This document shows, piece after piece, positions 1-19,282 of a stretch of DNA of 64,000 nucleotides. Under the pieces are notes generated by a model that was not told the origin of the DNA, ran no database searches, and saw only the letters and a list, made by a program, of their open reading frames with translations. The first letter of the stretch is position 1. Each line of letters begins with the position of its first letter. The DNA comes from the human T2T-CHM13v2.0 reference genome, Homo sapiens. Made by a program: the position numbers and the translations under genes. The stretch lies in the NCBI RefSeq assembly GCF_009914755.1, contig NC_060933.1. The stretch is one strand, 5' to 3'.

Positions 1-351
<351 letters not shown>

Positions 352-425
352 TTACATTTCTATATTGTTGACTGTTTCACAGAGAACATATTCATATACC
401 ACTTCTCTAAAATTTCACAAAATGA

Positions 426-740
<315 letters not shown>

Positions 741-1446
741 AATCCTCACACATTTCTTAAATAGGTAGACCTAGCTCTGTGTTTAGAAATGCAAGATGGC
801 CACGATACATTGTTAAACACAGGAACAAATGTGTTTGAATGGAAAAGAAAAGGAATATGTGTCTTATTGTTAACTGAGCTTTTCTTTGGCGATGTGCACT
901 GATGATGCTACATGATTCTGTAACATTTGAATTTTGTGTAAAAGATGTGACTTACCTGTCTGATCAGAAACAAGAACAGAGCCCTGATGCAGCAGCCTCA
1001 GGATGCCCAGCCAGATGGAACTGGGGCAGCTTTCCTGAGGGTGGACGCAAGTATTTGGGTCACCTGAACCTGCCATGGGATAAGACCCTGCTGTCCTGAG
1101 GCAACCCCACAGATTCTGAGGGGTCCTCCCAGTATGGTGAGTCAGGGGCCTCAGCACACGGCTCCTTCCCACACAGGAATACAAAGATGGGCATGCTGTT
1201 ACCTGGATTAGCAGTCACTTTCCTGGGGTCTTGTCAGAGTGTCAGCTCTCCATCCTGTGCTGCTATGACAGAATACCACAGACTGGCTAATTTATAATGA
1301 CCAGAAACTAATTGCTCACGGTTCTGGAGGACAGGAAGTCCAATATCAAGATGTCAGCATCTGGCAAGGGCCTTGCTGTGTCATCGCATGGGAGGCATCA
1401 CATGGCAGAAGGGTAAAGAGAGAGTAAGAAAGGACAGAACTTGCCC

Positions 1447-2014
1447 TTTGATTTTTTTATATCTTTTTTTTTTTTGTAGTCCAGTGGTCTTTTATTTTTG
1501 TAATACCTATTATGCCGTAAATTCAGAGGGAATGGGTACCAGCAGCTCAGGCTCCTTTCCACTGGCTCTCGCAAAGTGTCCTTCTCTGGGTGGAGCAGGC
1601 TGGCGCTTCAGTTGAACCCAAGTACCTTTCTCTGGCTTCCTTCTTTTTCTGATCGTTTTCCTTCACTGTCTTGGCTATCTTGGCTCTTAGAGAGCTTAAT
1701 GTGCTCAATACGCACGTTAATTCTCTTGGCAAGAATCTTGCCCTTGTTTACAACAATGCCAACAGCATGCTGAGTAACACTGTAGACTGCTCCAGTTTTG
1801 CCACGGTAACATTTGTGAGCATTCCTTTTTGAACAGTACCTATTCTTTTGATGTCTACAATATCACCTTTCTTATAGATTCGCATGTATGTGAACAAAGG
1901 AATAACTTCCTGTTTTCTAAAAGGCTTAGATAACATATACTGGGCCCCTCTTCTCTTCCCTTTGTGTTCATCATTTTGGCAAATTACTGGAAGATGGCGC
2001 TTCCAGCCAAAAGG
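1447..2014 (-). pseudogene. RPL21: Processed pseudogene of ribosomal protein L21, full length and disabled
   Basis: Minus strand: 5' TOP-like CCTTTT, ATG at 1974, decayed [34 protein letters not shown] coding sequence, TAA at 1512-1510, AATAAA at 1496-1491 and a poly(A) remnant. No introns, frameshifts present. 12-bp TSD CAGAACTTGCCC at 1435-1446 and 2015-2026. Confidence 0.95.
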
Positions 2015-2077
2015 CAGAACTTGCCCATTTATGATGGCATTAATCCCACCTATGAGGACAGAGCCCTTATGACCTAA

Positions 2078-2398
<321 letters not shown>

Positions 2399-2794
2399 TA
2401 AATATCCCACCTCTTAATACTGTTACGATGGCAGATAAATTTCAACATGAGTTTTAGAGGGGACAAACATTCAAATCACAGCACCCACCCTCCACCTGCC
2501 TCTCTTTTACACTCCAGGAAAATGCTCTCCAAGGTGACAGTCCAATGTTAGAGTTCAATTTGGCCATATTATTAAAATTAATGCAGCTAATCTCACTTGA
2601 CTCATCATTTCCACAGCTAGAAATTTAATCCAATGAAACTCAGTACTGCAGCATAATCAGGGACACCCCAACTCCACCCCAGTGAGGGCATCCCATGGCA
2701 TTAGCATCATCTTTGACTTAGACAAGACAAAAAAAAAAGTACAGTCCATCAGAGAAAAGATTGACATCTTTGTCTATATTTAAAATTTTAACCT

Positions 2795-3077
2795 CAGGCC
2801 CAGTGGCTCATGCCCATAATCCCAGCACTTTGTGAGGCTGAGTCAAGAGGATCACTTTAGGCCAGGAGTTCAAGACCAGCCTGGGCAACATAGCAAGACC
2901 CTATCGCTCCACAAAAAATTTTTTTAATTAACTAGGCATGATGGCACACCTGTAGTCGCAACTACTGAGGAGGCTAAGGCAAGGGGATCATTTGAGCCCA
3001 CGAGTTCAAGGATACAGTAATCTGATTACACTGTTGCACTCCAGCCTGGGCGACAGAGTGAGACCTTGTCACAAAAC
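2795..3077 (+). mobile_element. Alu (AluJ-like)
   Basis: gaggatcactttaggccaggagttcaagaccagcctgggcaacatagc. Confidence 0.88.
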
Positions 3078-3084
3078 AGAAGGT

Positions 3085-3640
<556 letters not shown>

Positions 3641-6009
3641 AAAATCTCTGCACAACAGAATCTACATAACCACAATGTACATAACTGTCGAAAAAGATAG
3701 CAAGTAGATACCTAAATTATCCATGAAAGAGTATGCAGTCATTGGGAAGAATAGAGTGATCTTCAAGATACAGCAAGTGAAAAAGATAAAGCTAGGACAC
3801 TGTGAATATTGTTACCATTTGTATAAAAATATACAACATACACACATATTTTGACGGGCATGCATAGAATATCTCTGGAAAGATACATAAAGAATTGGTA
3901 ACAGTTACATACCAGGAGTAGAATGGGTGGAGACAAAGAAAAAAAACACCTCAGCTGTACTCTGTAACCTTTTTTCCTTTTTTAATTTTATACGCACATA
4001 TGTACATATTTTACGTATTAAAAATAAATATAAGAGGACTCCTGGTTTCCAGTCCAGCCTCAAAAAATAGCAAGTGTCAGAGAAGCGTGAGGAGGGAGAG
4101 TTAATGAGGTAGGGGCACAATCAGCAAGACAAAGAAAGGCTAGGAGCATCTGTTCCGGGCAGGACTTTGAAGGTCAGAGACGGACACCATGCTTGCAGGG
4201 ACAGAGTAGCTCTGCAGGCTAGGGTAGGGTGTTAGGCCTGGAGAGAGCCCTTGGGCCTTGTAACATATTTCGCTGGCTTGGCTAGGGTGGAGGAGAGAAG
4301 GGCCACAGCCATCCCCCACTGTGCTCAGCAGGACACCCTTCTCTTCGTGTTCCCTGGACAGAGCCTCTATAGGCAGGTAACTAGCTGAGAGAAGGATCAA
4401 GAAACATTATAGCAAGCCTGGAGTTCAACAGGCTTGAAATTGGCCTCAGGGCACCACTGATGAGGCTGGAGTGGGAGCCACTGAAGCAATAAAGATGCGT
4501 TCCCACCCCAGGTTTCAGAGAGTAACAGGCAGAGGCTTTGTAGAACACAGGACCGCAGACCTTGGGTGCGGACGGGGGTGTGCAGGAAGAGTGAAGCTCT
4601 GAACGGTTGGAAGAGAGGAGGCCAAGAGAGGCCACACGGAGGCACCAGGCAGTTTGCATGGGCACCCCGCTAAAGAAGCAGACACAGGCCAGCCACCTGC
4701 TGGGATGGAGGAGGGAGGAGCCCTTGGGAACCTTCCAGAGGACTGACGGGAACAGTGATGGCAGGTCCCAGGCAGACAGAAACTTCTTGAGTCACAGGGT
4801 TATGCAAGTGCTGTAGGCAGCAGTGACAAAGAGCTGGATTATGGCGTAGGCAGGCTTGGCCAGCAGGACTCATAGCCCTCTCTGTGCCCGAGAGAGAGAC
4901 TGTAAAGGAATGTGTCACCATCCATGCATATGAAGCCGATGCCTGCACCCCAAGGCCTCCGGCACCCTGGTGTGGTTTCCAGGCACTGGGTGGGTTGCAG
5001 GGGGACCTGCCGGGAAAGGGCTGGGAGACGCCCAAGGGTGGAGACTGGGGCAAGGGCCAGCCCACACCAGGTGCCAAAAACTACGGGATGCTTCCGGGGC
5101 AGGGACCATGGGGGCCCATGAGCAAGCAGGGCTGTGGGGAACTAGAACTGACCAGACCTCCCTTGGGGCCCCACTTGGCTCCAGGAAGATGCTCCTGCTA
5201 GCAGGACCAAGGAGAAGCAGAGTCCCCCAGGGATGGAAGTTAGAGGAGGTGACAGGCAGGGCTAGGCAGAGGGAAGGAAGGGGGTGCCTGGCTTAGGGCT
5301 GCTCCCTGGGGAGGCCTCTCTGCCCAGGGCAGCCTCCGTGAAGATGCCTGGGACACAGCCCCTTGCTGAGCCTTGCTTCTCTTCCCTCTTGTAAGTTCCC
5401 ACTCCAGGGGAAGTATGTCTTTCCCCAGCCCAGTGGACAACCCCAGTGAGTTCTGTCCTTGGCCTCTTTCAAGGGGAACCACCTCAAGTTAGCACTGTAC
5501 AGACCCAGCCAAGCTGCTTACAATCAGCCCCAACACGCAGAAACGACTCTCAGCCCTCAGGAATGTGAACCTGCTTCACCACATTAGCAGCCAGTGAATT
5601 GTATTATAAAAATAATTAGAAAACAGCTAAAACTAGTAGGCTACAGAGTCCCTGGATTTGCTGGTCAAAGGCTTGGTTCTACAGCTCTCTGATGAGAAAA
5701 AAATGTTCCAAGCATAAACACTTGACAATAACCACTGCTGGAGAGGCCATGAGATAACAAACATCCTTCTTGTACACTGTAGAGTGTAGTCTTACCTAGT
5801 GCAATCCTTCCAGGGACAGTTTGGCAATATCTATTAAAATATAAAGTATGCAAACACCCTTTCATAGAAATTTATCCTAGATACGCCTTTGTATCAAGAT
5901 AAATGCAGCTCCTTCCTCTGCGCCAGGGTTTCTCAATCTCCGCACTACTGACATTTGGACCAAAGAATTACGAGTTGTGGAAGGCATTGTTCTGGGCATT
6001 GTAGGATGC

Positions 6010-6831
6010 TGTGATGGTGAATTTCATGTGTTAACCTGACTGGGTGTGTCTGTGAGGGTGTTTCTGGATGAGATTAATATTTGAATTGGCAGACTGGTTG
6101 TTTTAGTCCATTTGGGCTGCTATAATAAAATACTAGACTGAGTGGTTTATAAACTACAGAAATGTGTTTTCATAGTCCTGGAGGCTAGAGAGTCCAAGAT
6201 CAAGGAGCCGGCGGATTTGGCATGCGGAGAGGGCCCCTACCTCATAGAGAGCACCTTCTCACTGTGTCCCCACATAGTGGAAGGGGCAGGTGGTGGAGGG
6301 GGCAAGGTGGCTTTCTGAGGCCTCCTTTATTAGGGCACTGATCCCATTCCTGAGGCTCCTCCCCCATGACCTAATCATCTCCCTAATGCCCCCGTCTCCT
6401 AATACCATCACCTTGGGGTTGGCTTCAACATTGAATTTTGGGGGGACACAGACATTCAGACCACAGCACTGAGTGAAGCCGACAGTCCTCTACAAGGCGG
6501 ACAGGCCTCATCTCTCAGTTCAAAAGCCTGAATGGAACAAAAATGCTGCTCCTCCCCTGAGTAAGAGGAAACTCCTCCTCCCTGAGGCCGTCAAACTGGG
6601 ACATTGGCTTTTTCCTGTCTTTGGACTCAAAGTGAAACATCTCCTCCTCCTGGGTCTCGAGCCTGCCAGTCTCTGGCCTGGAACACACATCAGTGTCCCT
6701 GGGTCTTGCCTGCAGATCTTGGGACTCACCAGCCTCCATAGTTGCATGAGCCAAGTCCTTACAATAGATCTCTTTCTCTATAAATATCTGTAGTACTGGT
6801 TCTGTTTCTCTGGACAATCCCAACTAACACA
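6010..6831 (+). mobile_element. MLT2 (ERVL) solo LTR containing a nested MaLR LTR
   Basis: tgtgatggtgaatttcatgtgttaacctgactgg start and tctgtttctctggacaatcccaactaacaca end. Confidence 0.72.
6098..6468 (-). mobile_element. MLT1A-like MaLR solo LTR
   Basis: tgttttagtccatttgggctgctataataaaatac...gacattcagaccacagca. Confidence 0.75.
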
Positions 6832-7127
6832 GATGGTGAGCAGAATTCCTGGTATTCACTCACTAGATGCCAATAGCCACCCCCAGCCCCCACTTGCAAC
6901 AACCAAAAATGTCTCCATACTGTCCTAGATGGCACTTGGGGGAAAATTTCCTGGGTGAGAGCCACCACTGTACACATGTTCCCAGGAGGGAAGATACAAC
7001 TCCCTTGTCCAGGGCCCACATAGGGAGATCCTGCATCTTACCCTGAGTGAGGAAGATTGGGAGCTCCAATGGGCGTGGGGGCCGGATGGACAGAAGGCAG
7101 ATGAGAAGTGACACAGAGAAAAGGCCG

Positions 7128-7543
<416 letters not shown>

Positions 7544-7734
7544 CTATAGAACTTCCTATGAGCAAAACTGGAAACCACCTCTGTGGCTGTCAGCAGGGAC
7601 TGACTGGTCACCCTGCAGCGCAAGTGTGTTTCGGGGGGACACTCTGCAGCCATTCATAGAAAAGAGGGAGACCCTCCAGAGCAGTAAGCAAAACCTCCAG
7701 GTGCAAGACAACGTGTAGAGTATGGTGCCTTCTG

Positions 7735-8065
<331 letters not shown>

Positions 8066-8297
8066 TTAGGAAAGGATGTATAGAAAAAAATATTGCAAAG
8101 GTAACCCATGAAACTGTCGACACAGACTTTTTTCAGAGAGGAAATGGACAACGTATTATAACATGTTTAACCATTCTCTTGCATTCCTTTTTCACTTTTT
8201 GAGGTTAAGGATGTGATCTTAGCAGTGGCATTATGCACTATTTCTTCCTTATGCTTTTCTGTGCTAAAACCCGACAAACAAAACTTACGGTCCCAGC

Positions 8298-9039
<742 letters not shown>

Positions 9040-9048
9040 TTAAGAAGA

Positions 9049-9518
<470 letters not shown>

Positions 9519-9519
9519 G

Positions 9520-10665
<1,146 letters not shown>

Positions 10666-10805
10666 AAATCCGGATTCAGCTGGGTGTGGTGGCTCATGCC
10701 TGAATAATCCTAGCACTTTGCGAGGCCAAGGCAGGAGGATCACCTGAGGCCAGGAGTTTGAGACTGGCTTAGGCAATATAGCAAGACCCCACCTCTAAAA
10801 AAAAA

Positions 10806-11100
10806 TTTTTTTGTTTTTGAGACAGTGTCTCACTCTCTTGCCCAGGCTGGAGTGCAGTGCCGTGATCTTGGCTCACTGCAGCCTCAGCCTCCTGGGCTCA
10901 GGTGATCCTCCCACTTCAGCCTCCCTAGAGCTGGGACTACAGGCATGTACCAGCACATCCAGCTAATTTTTGTACTTTTTTGTAGAGATGGGGTTTTATT
11001 ATGTTGCCCAGGCTGGTCTTGAACTCCTGGCCTCCAGCAATCCACCCTCCTTGGCCTCGAAAAATGCTGGGATAACAGGCGTGAGCCACTGCACCCAGGC
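10806..11100 (-). mobile_element. Alu (AluJ-like), nested
   Basis: gcagcctcagcctcctgggctcaggtgatcctccc. Confidence 0.9.
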
Positions 11101-11104
11101 ACAA

Positions 11105-11406
11105 TTTTTTTTTTTGAGACGGAGTCTCGCTTTTTTGCCCAGGCTGGAGTGCAGTGGCATGATCTCGGCTCACTGAAGCTCTGCCTCCCGAGTTCACGCC
11201 ATTCTCCTGCCTCAGCCTCCTGAGTAGCTGGGACTACAGGCGCCCGCCACCACGCCTGGCTAATTTTTTTTTTTTTGTATTTTTTTTTTAGTAGAGATGA
11301 GGTTGCACCATGTTAGCCAGGATGGTCTCGATCTCCTGACCTCAGGATCCGCCCACCTCGGCCTCCCAAGTGCTGGGATTATAGGCATGAGCCATCGCGC
11401 CCAGCC
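11105..11406 (-). mobile_element. Alu (AluY-like), nested
   Basis: ttcacgccattctcc, ttagccaggatggtctcgatc. Confidence 0.92.
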
Positions 11407-11477
11407 TTAATTTTTTCTTTTTTTTTTTTTTAAATTAGCCAGGTGCGGTGGCATAAGCCTATAGTCCCAGCTACTCA

Positions 11478-11579
<102 letters not shown>

Positions 11580-11634
11580 TCAAGCAAACAAACAAACAAA
11601 ACAAAACAAGACAAAACCACGTTGGTAAGTACTT

Positions 11635-12902
<1,268 letters not shown>

Positions 12903-13483
12903 TGACACACACAGGAAGCAGCAGAAGCTTACAGTAGCTCTCTGCACCCCAAGGATGCTTCTCAGGGGTCTGGTTTGTGTCTGGACCTCAGCTGTCTCTT
13001 ATTACCTTCAGGCTGTCTTGAAATGAGCTTAGACGTCCCACTGCAAAATTCATTTTAATTCACTTCATTTCGGCTCCGTTGTAGGAGGCTGTCCTGAAAG
13101 CAAACAGCCAATGCCCTCCCAACAAATGCACACATGGATGCACCCCCAAAAGAAGTGGAAAGTGGGGAGTCTAGTGTTCAAATGAGCTGCAAGTGCCAGC
13201 TACCAGATCAAATAACCAGGGGCGACCCAAACAGCCACCACAGAAACTCCCACTGAAGCACCAGGGGAGCTGGAAATCATACGGTCATGTGTGCTCAGGC
13301 TATGGATCCGCAGCCTGGGCCTCGGAAGGGCTCCTGAGTGGGAAACTGGGGATGAACATGCCTGGTGGAGGAGGGAGGGAAGTTAGGGTGCATGGCTCCT
13401 CCTTTCACAGTGCTGGGGTTAAGTCAGTGGAAATGCATTTCTGGACCTCAGCTTATGCCTCAATAAAAGTTTAATTTATTGTC

Positions 13484-13776
13484 GGTCAGGCACAGTGGCT
13501 CACGCCTGTAATCCCAGCACTTTGGGAGGCCGAGGTGGGTGGATCACGAGGTCAGGAGATCGAGACCAACCTGGCTAACATGGTGAAACCCCGTCTCTAC
13601 TAAAAATACAAAAAATTAGCTGGGCGTGGTGGCAGGTGCCTGTAGTCCCAGCTACTCGGAAGGCTAAGGCAGGAGAATGGTGTGAATCCAGGAGGCGGAG
13701 CTTGCAGTGAGCCAAGATAGCGCCACTGCACTCCAGCCTGGGAGAAAAAGCGAGACTCCATCTCAAAAAGAAAAAA
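13484..13776 (+). mobile_element. Alu (AluY-like)
   Basis: ggatcacgaggtcaggagatcgag, ggagcttgcagtgag. Confidence 0.94.
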
Positions 13777-13906
13777 GCCATCCTAATGAGTGTGACACAC
13801 ATCCTTTTACTTTTAATCTATTTGTGTCTATAAGAAACCATTTTAAATATAAAGACACAAACAGATTAAAAGTAAAGGAATGCACTTCACATCCATTAGG
13901 ATGGCT
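13776..13906. repeat. Inverted repeat (hairpin): 54-bp arms, 23-bp spacer
   Basis: 13776-13829 versus reverse complement of 13853-13906: 45/54 identical without gaps. Confidence 0.9.
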
Positions 13907-14112
13907 ATCATTAAAATAAAATTCATGGGTAGGGCAAGTACTATGTAATAAAACATTCCCTATTTCTCACTTCCATCCCTTAAAACATTGCTGACATTCA
14001 TGTTACTTACCCATAAGCTATAATCACCAAATACATTTTTACTATTATTATTTTGAGCAAACTTAGATCCATTAAAAGTAAAAATTATTTTATCTTATCT
14101 TCATTTTTCCCC

Positions 14113-14409
14113 TTTTTTTTTTTTATTTTTGAGACGGAGTCTCACTCTGTTGCCCAGGCTGGAGTGCAGTGGCGTGATCTCAGCTCACTGCAATCTCTGC
14201 CTCCCAGTTCATGCCATTCTCCTGCCTCAGCCTCCCAAATAGCTGGGACTACAGGTGCCCGCCACCATGCCTGGCTAATTTTTGTACTTTTAGTAGAGAC
14301 GGGGTTTCACCGTGTTAGCCAGGATGGTCTTGATCTCCTGACCTCGTGATCCACCCACCTCAGCCTCTCAAAGTGCTGGAATTACAGGCGTGAGCCACCG
14401 TGCCCAGCC
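14113..14409 (-). mobile_element. Alu (AluY-like)
   Basis: caccgtgttagccaggatggtc. Confidence 0.93.
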
Positions 14410-15563
14410 CATTTTTTCCTTTTCTAATGCTATTGTTTCCTTATGTAGATCCAAATTTTAGACCTGTATCATTTTCCTTCTCTCTGAAGAACTTTAAACA
14501 TTCTTTGCAAGGCAGGTCTACTGGTGATAAATTCCCTAAGTTTTGGTTTATGTGAGAAAGTATTTATCCTCCACTTTTGAAGGATAGTTTCACTGGATAC
14601 AAAAGTCTAGGTTTGTAGTTTTGTTTTCCTTTGAAAACTTTCTATCACTCTAATCTCTTCTTGTTTGCAAGGCTTTTGAAGAGAATCTGAGGTAATTCTT
14701 ACCTCTGTTCCTCTGTAGGTAAGGTGTTTTTTCCCTCTGGCTTCTTTCAATATTTTCTCTTTGTCTTTTGTTTTCTGCTATGTCTAGGTGTAGGTTTTTT
14801 GGCACATATCCTGCTTGGTATTCTTTTGAGCTTTCTAGATCTGTGGTTAGGAATCTGTCATCAATTTTTTAAAATTCTCAATTATTATTTCAAGTACTTC
14901 CTCTGTTCCCTTTTCTCTTTCTTCTCCTTCTGGTATTCCCATTATGTGTATGCTACACTTTTTGTAATTGTACCAAAGTTCTTGGATATTGGATTCCATT
15001 TGTTCATTCCTTTTTCTCTTTGCTTTTCAGTTTGGGAAATTTCTATTGACATATCTTGAAGCTCACTGATTCTTTCCTTGACAATGTCCAGCCTACTAGT
15101 AAGCCCATCAAAAGTTTTCTTTACTTATGTTATAGTGGTTTTTATCCCCTTTTGATTCTTTGGGTTTCCATTCCTTTGCTTACATTACCCATCTGTTCTT
15201 GCATATTGTTCACTTTTGCCATTAGAGCCCTTAACATGTTATTCATACTTATTTTAAATTCCCAGTCTAATAATTCCAAAATCTCTGCCATATCTGAGTC
15301 TAGTTCTGCTGCTTGCTTTGTCTCTTGAGACTGTGTTTTTTTACCTTTTAGCATGCCTTGTAATTTTTTGTCGAAAGCCAGACATAATATATTGGGTAAA
15401 ATAAACTGAGGCAAATAGGCCTCTAGTGTGAGGTTTTATGTTTATTTGGCTAGAAGTTAGGCTTTGTTTACTGTTTGGCATAGCTGTAGGTGTCAGAGGC
15501 TAAATTTCCCCTCTCTCTCTCTTTTTTTTTTTTGTTTTGTTTCCCCTGGAGACTTCTTAATAG

Positions 15564-15997
<434 letters not shown>

Positions 15998-16319
15998 TAA
16001 CCCCATGGTTATCTCAGTCTTTTGGTGGGTCTGGGCTCCCTGGGATGTTACAGTCACAGGTGCTTTTGGCTTTTTTCCCTCCTTAGATGAGACAGGAGGG
16101 CTACATAGAGCTGATGTTAGGAATTTCCATCTTTCCAAGTTAGTGAGGCTCTGGTGAAACAGCTTCCCTTGAGGCCAGGCCTTTGTTAGAGAGAACAGAG
16201 AGCTCTGGGCATATTGCAACATAGCTACTTTCCTCTTGCCTGCCAGTAGCAGGACGCTTTTCTTTGTTCTAAGTCTAAGAACTTGGAGGGGCTCCTGAAG
16301 GTAAAGCTTACAAAGCACC

Positions 16320-17510
16320 GATTAATGCAAGTATCCTTGTTTTATCTCCTAGGGAGATAGGCAGTCAGTCTTTCACCATTGAGTATAATGTTAGGTGTGG
16401 GTTTTTCATAAATGCCCTTATCACACTGAGGAAATTCCCTTCCATTCTTGGTTTTCTGAGTTTTTTTTTTTTTAATCATAAAAGAGTTAGATTTTGTCAA
16501 ATACTTTTCTTATATCAGCTGAAATAATCATGTGGTTTTCTTTCTCTTCATTCTGTTAATGCGGTGTATTACACTGATTTTCTTATGTTGAACTACCCTT
16601 GCATTCCTGTAATAAATCTTGCTTTGTCATACTGTATAATACTTTTAATATTCTGTTACATTGAGTTTGCCATTATTTTATTGAGAATTTTTTACATTTA
16701 CAGTCATATGGAAATATTGCTTTTTTTTTTTTCTTGTGGTGTCTTTAGGTAGCTTTGGTATACATGTAATAATTGCTCCATAGAATGAGTTAAAAAGTGT
16801 TCCTTTTTAGGGAAGAAAACTTTTTTAAAAAGGAGGTTTGGTGTTCATTATTCTTTTCTTTTTTTTTTAGACAGAGTTTTGCTCTTGTTGCCCAGCCTGG
16901 AGTGCAATGGCGCGATCTCAGCTCACTGCAACCTCCGCCTCCCGGATTCAAGCAATTCTCCTGCCTTAGCCTCCCAGGAGCTGGGATTACAAGCATGCGC
17001 CACCATGCCTGGCTAATTTTTTTTGTATTTTTAGTAGAGATAGGGTTTCTCCATGTTGGTCAGGCTGGTCTCAAACTCACAACCTCAGGTGATCCGCCTG
17101 CCTCCGCCTCCCAAAGTGCTGGGATTACAGGCATAAGCCACCGTGCCTGGCCAGTGTTCATTATTCTTTAAGCGTTTTGTAGACTTCAATAAGAAAGTCC
17201 TGTAGTTTGAGATGTTTTTTTTGCTGGGAGGTTTTAAATTACTGATTTAATCTATTTACATATTATAGGCTTGTTCGTATTTTCTATTTCATCTTGAGTC
17301 AGTTTTGATAATTTGTGTGTTTCTAGGAAGTTGTCTTTCATCTAGGTTATCTAATTTGTTGGTGTTCATCGTTTTTTCTCTTACATTTCATTTCTTCTCT
17401 TACATTTCATTTCTGTAAGGTTGATAGTAATGTCTCCACTTCTATTGCTGATTCTAGTTATTCACATTTCTTCTTTTTTTCTTTGTCAGTCAAGCTAAAG
17501 GTTTGTAGAT
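16320..17510 (-). mobile_element. Old L1M ORF2 fragment
   Basis: ctttcaccattgagtataatgttag, gaggaaattcccttccattc, ttgtcaaatactttttct (reverse strand of the RT region). Confidence 0.7.
16854..17152 (-). mobile_element. Alu (AluSp/Sq-like)
   Basis: gagttttgctcttgttgcc. TSD gtgttcattattctt. Confidence 0.93.
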
Positions 17511-17512
17511 TT

Positions 17513-17829
<317 letters not shown>

Positions 17830-18852
17830 TAATTGTAGTCATTCTGACTGGTGTGAGACGGTATTTCATTGTGGTTTTGATTTGCATTTCTCTAATGATT
17901 AGTGATGTTGAGCACTTTTTCATACAATTGTTGGCAAAGTGTATGTCTTCTTTGAGAAGTATCTGTTCATGTCCTTTGCCCATTTTTTAATGGGGTTGTT
18001 TGTTGCTTGTTGATCTGTTTAAGTTCCTTATAGATTCTGGATATTAGATCTTTGTCAGATGCATAGTTTCTGAATATTTTCACTCTTTCTGTAGGCTGTC
18101 TGCTTATACTGTTGATTGTTTCTTTTGCTATGCAGAGGCTCTTTAATTTAATTAGATCCCACTTGTCAATTTTTGTTTTCATTGCAACTGCTTTTGGAGT
18201 CTGTGTCAGGAAATCTTTGCCAAGGCCTATGTCCAGAATAGTATTTCCTGGGTTTTCTTCTAGGGTTTTTATAAAAAGTTTTAGGTTATTATATTTAAGT
18301 CTTTAATTCATGGAGTTTTCTTAATATGGTGAAAGGAAGGGTCCTAGTTTCAATCTTCTACATATGGCTAGCCAGTTATCCTAGCACCATTTACTGAATA
18401 GGGAGTCCTTTCCCTATTGCTTGTTATTGTCAGTTTTTCAAAGATCAGATGGTTGTAGGCGTGTGACTTTATTTCTGGGTTCTCTAACCTGTTCCACCGG
18501 TGTATGTGGTCTGTTTTTGTACGAGTACTATGTTGTTTTGGTTACTGTAGCCTTGTAGTATAGTTTGAAGTAGGTAGTGTGAAGCCTTGGGCTTTGTTCT
18601 TTTTGCTTAGGATTGCTTTGGCTATTCAAGCTCTTTTTTGGTTCCATATGAATTTTAGAATAGTTTTTTTCTAATTCTGTGAAAAATGGTGTTGGTAGTT
18701 TGATAAGATAACATTGAATCTATAAATTGCTTTGGGAAGTATGGCCATTTTAACAATACTGACTCTTCCTATCCATCCATGAGCATGGAATGTTTTTCCA
18801 TTTGTTTATGTCATCTCTGATTTCTTTCAGCATTTTATAATTCTTGTTGTAG

Positions 18853-19282
<430 letters not shown>

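Larger units (their letters stand above)
5924..6970. mobile_element. MER20 (hAT DNA transposon) split by an MLT2 LTR
   Basis: cagggtttctcaatctccgcactactgacatttgg (5924-6009) resumes after 6831 as ...caacaaccaaaaatgtctcc...gagagccaccactg. Confidence 0.7.

Noticed and set aside
949-958. Perfect minus-strand donor CAG|GTAAGT
   Set aside because: An isolated 9-mer can occur by chance, and I could not define a matching acceptor or exon.
899-964. Possible C/D-box snoRNA (TGATGA ... CTGA)
   Set aside because: Box C is imperfect, there is no convincing terminal stem or recognisable guide, and no host intron is evident.
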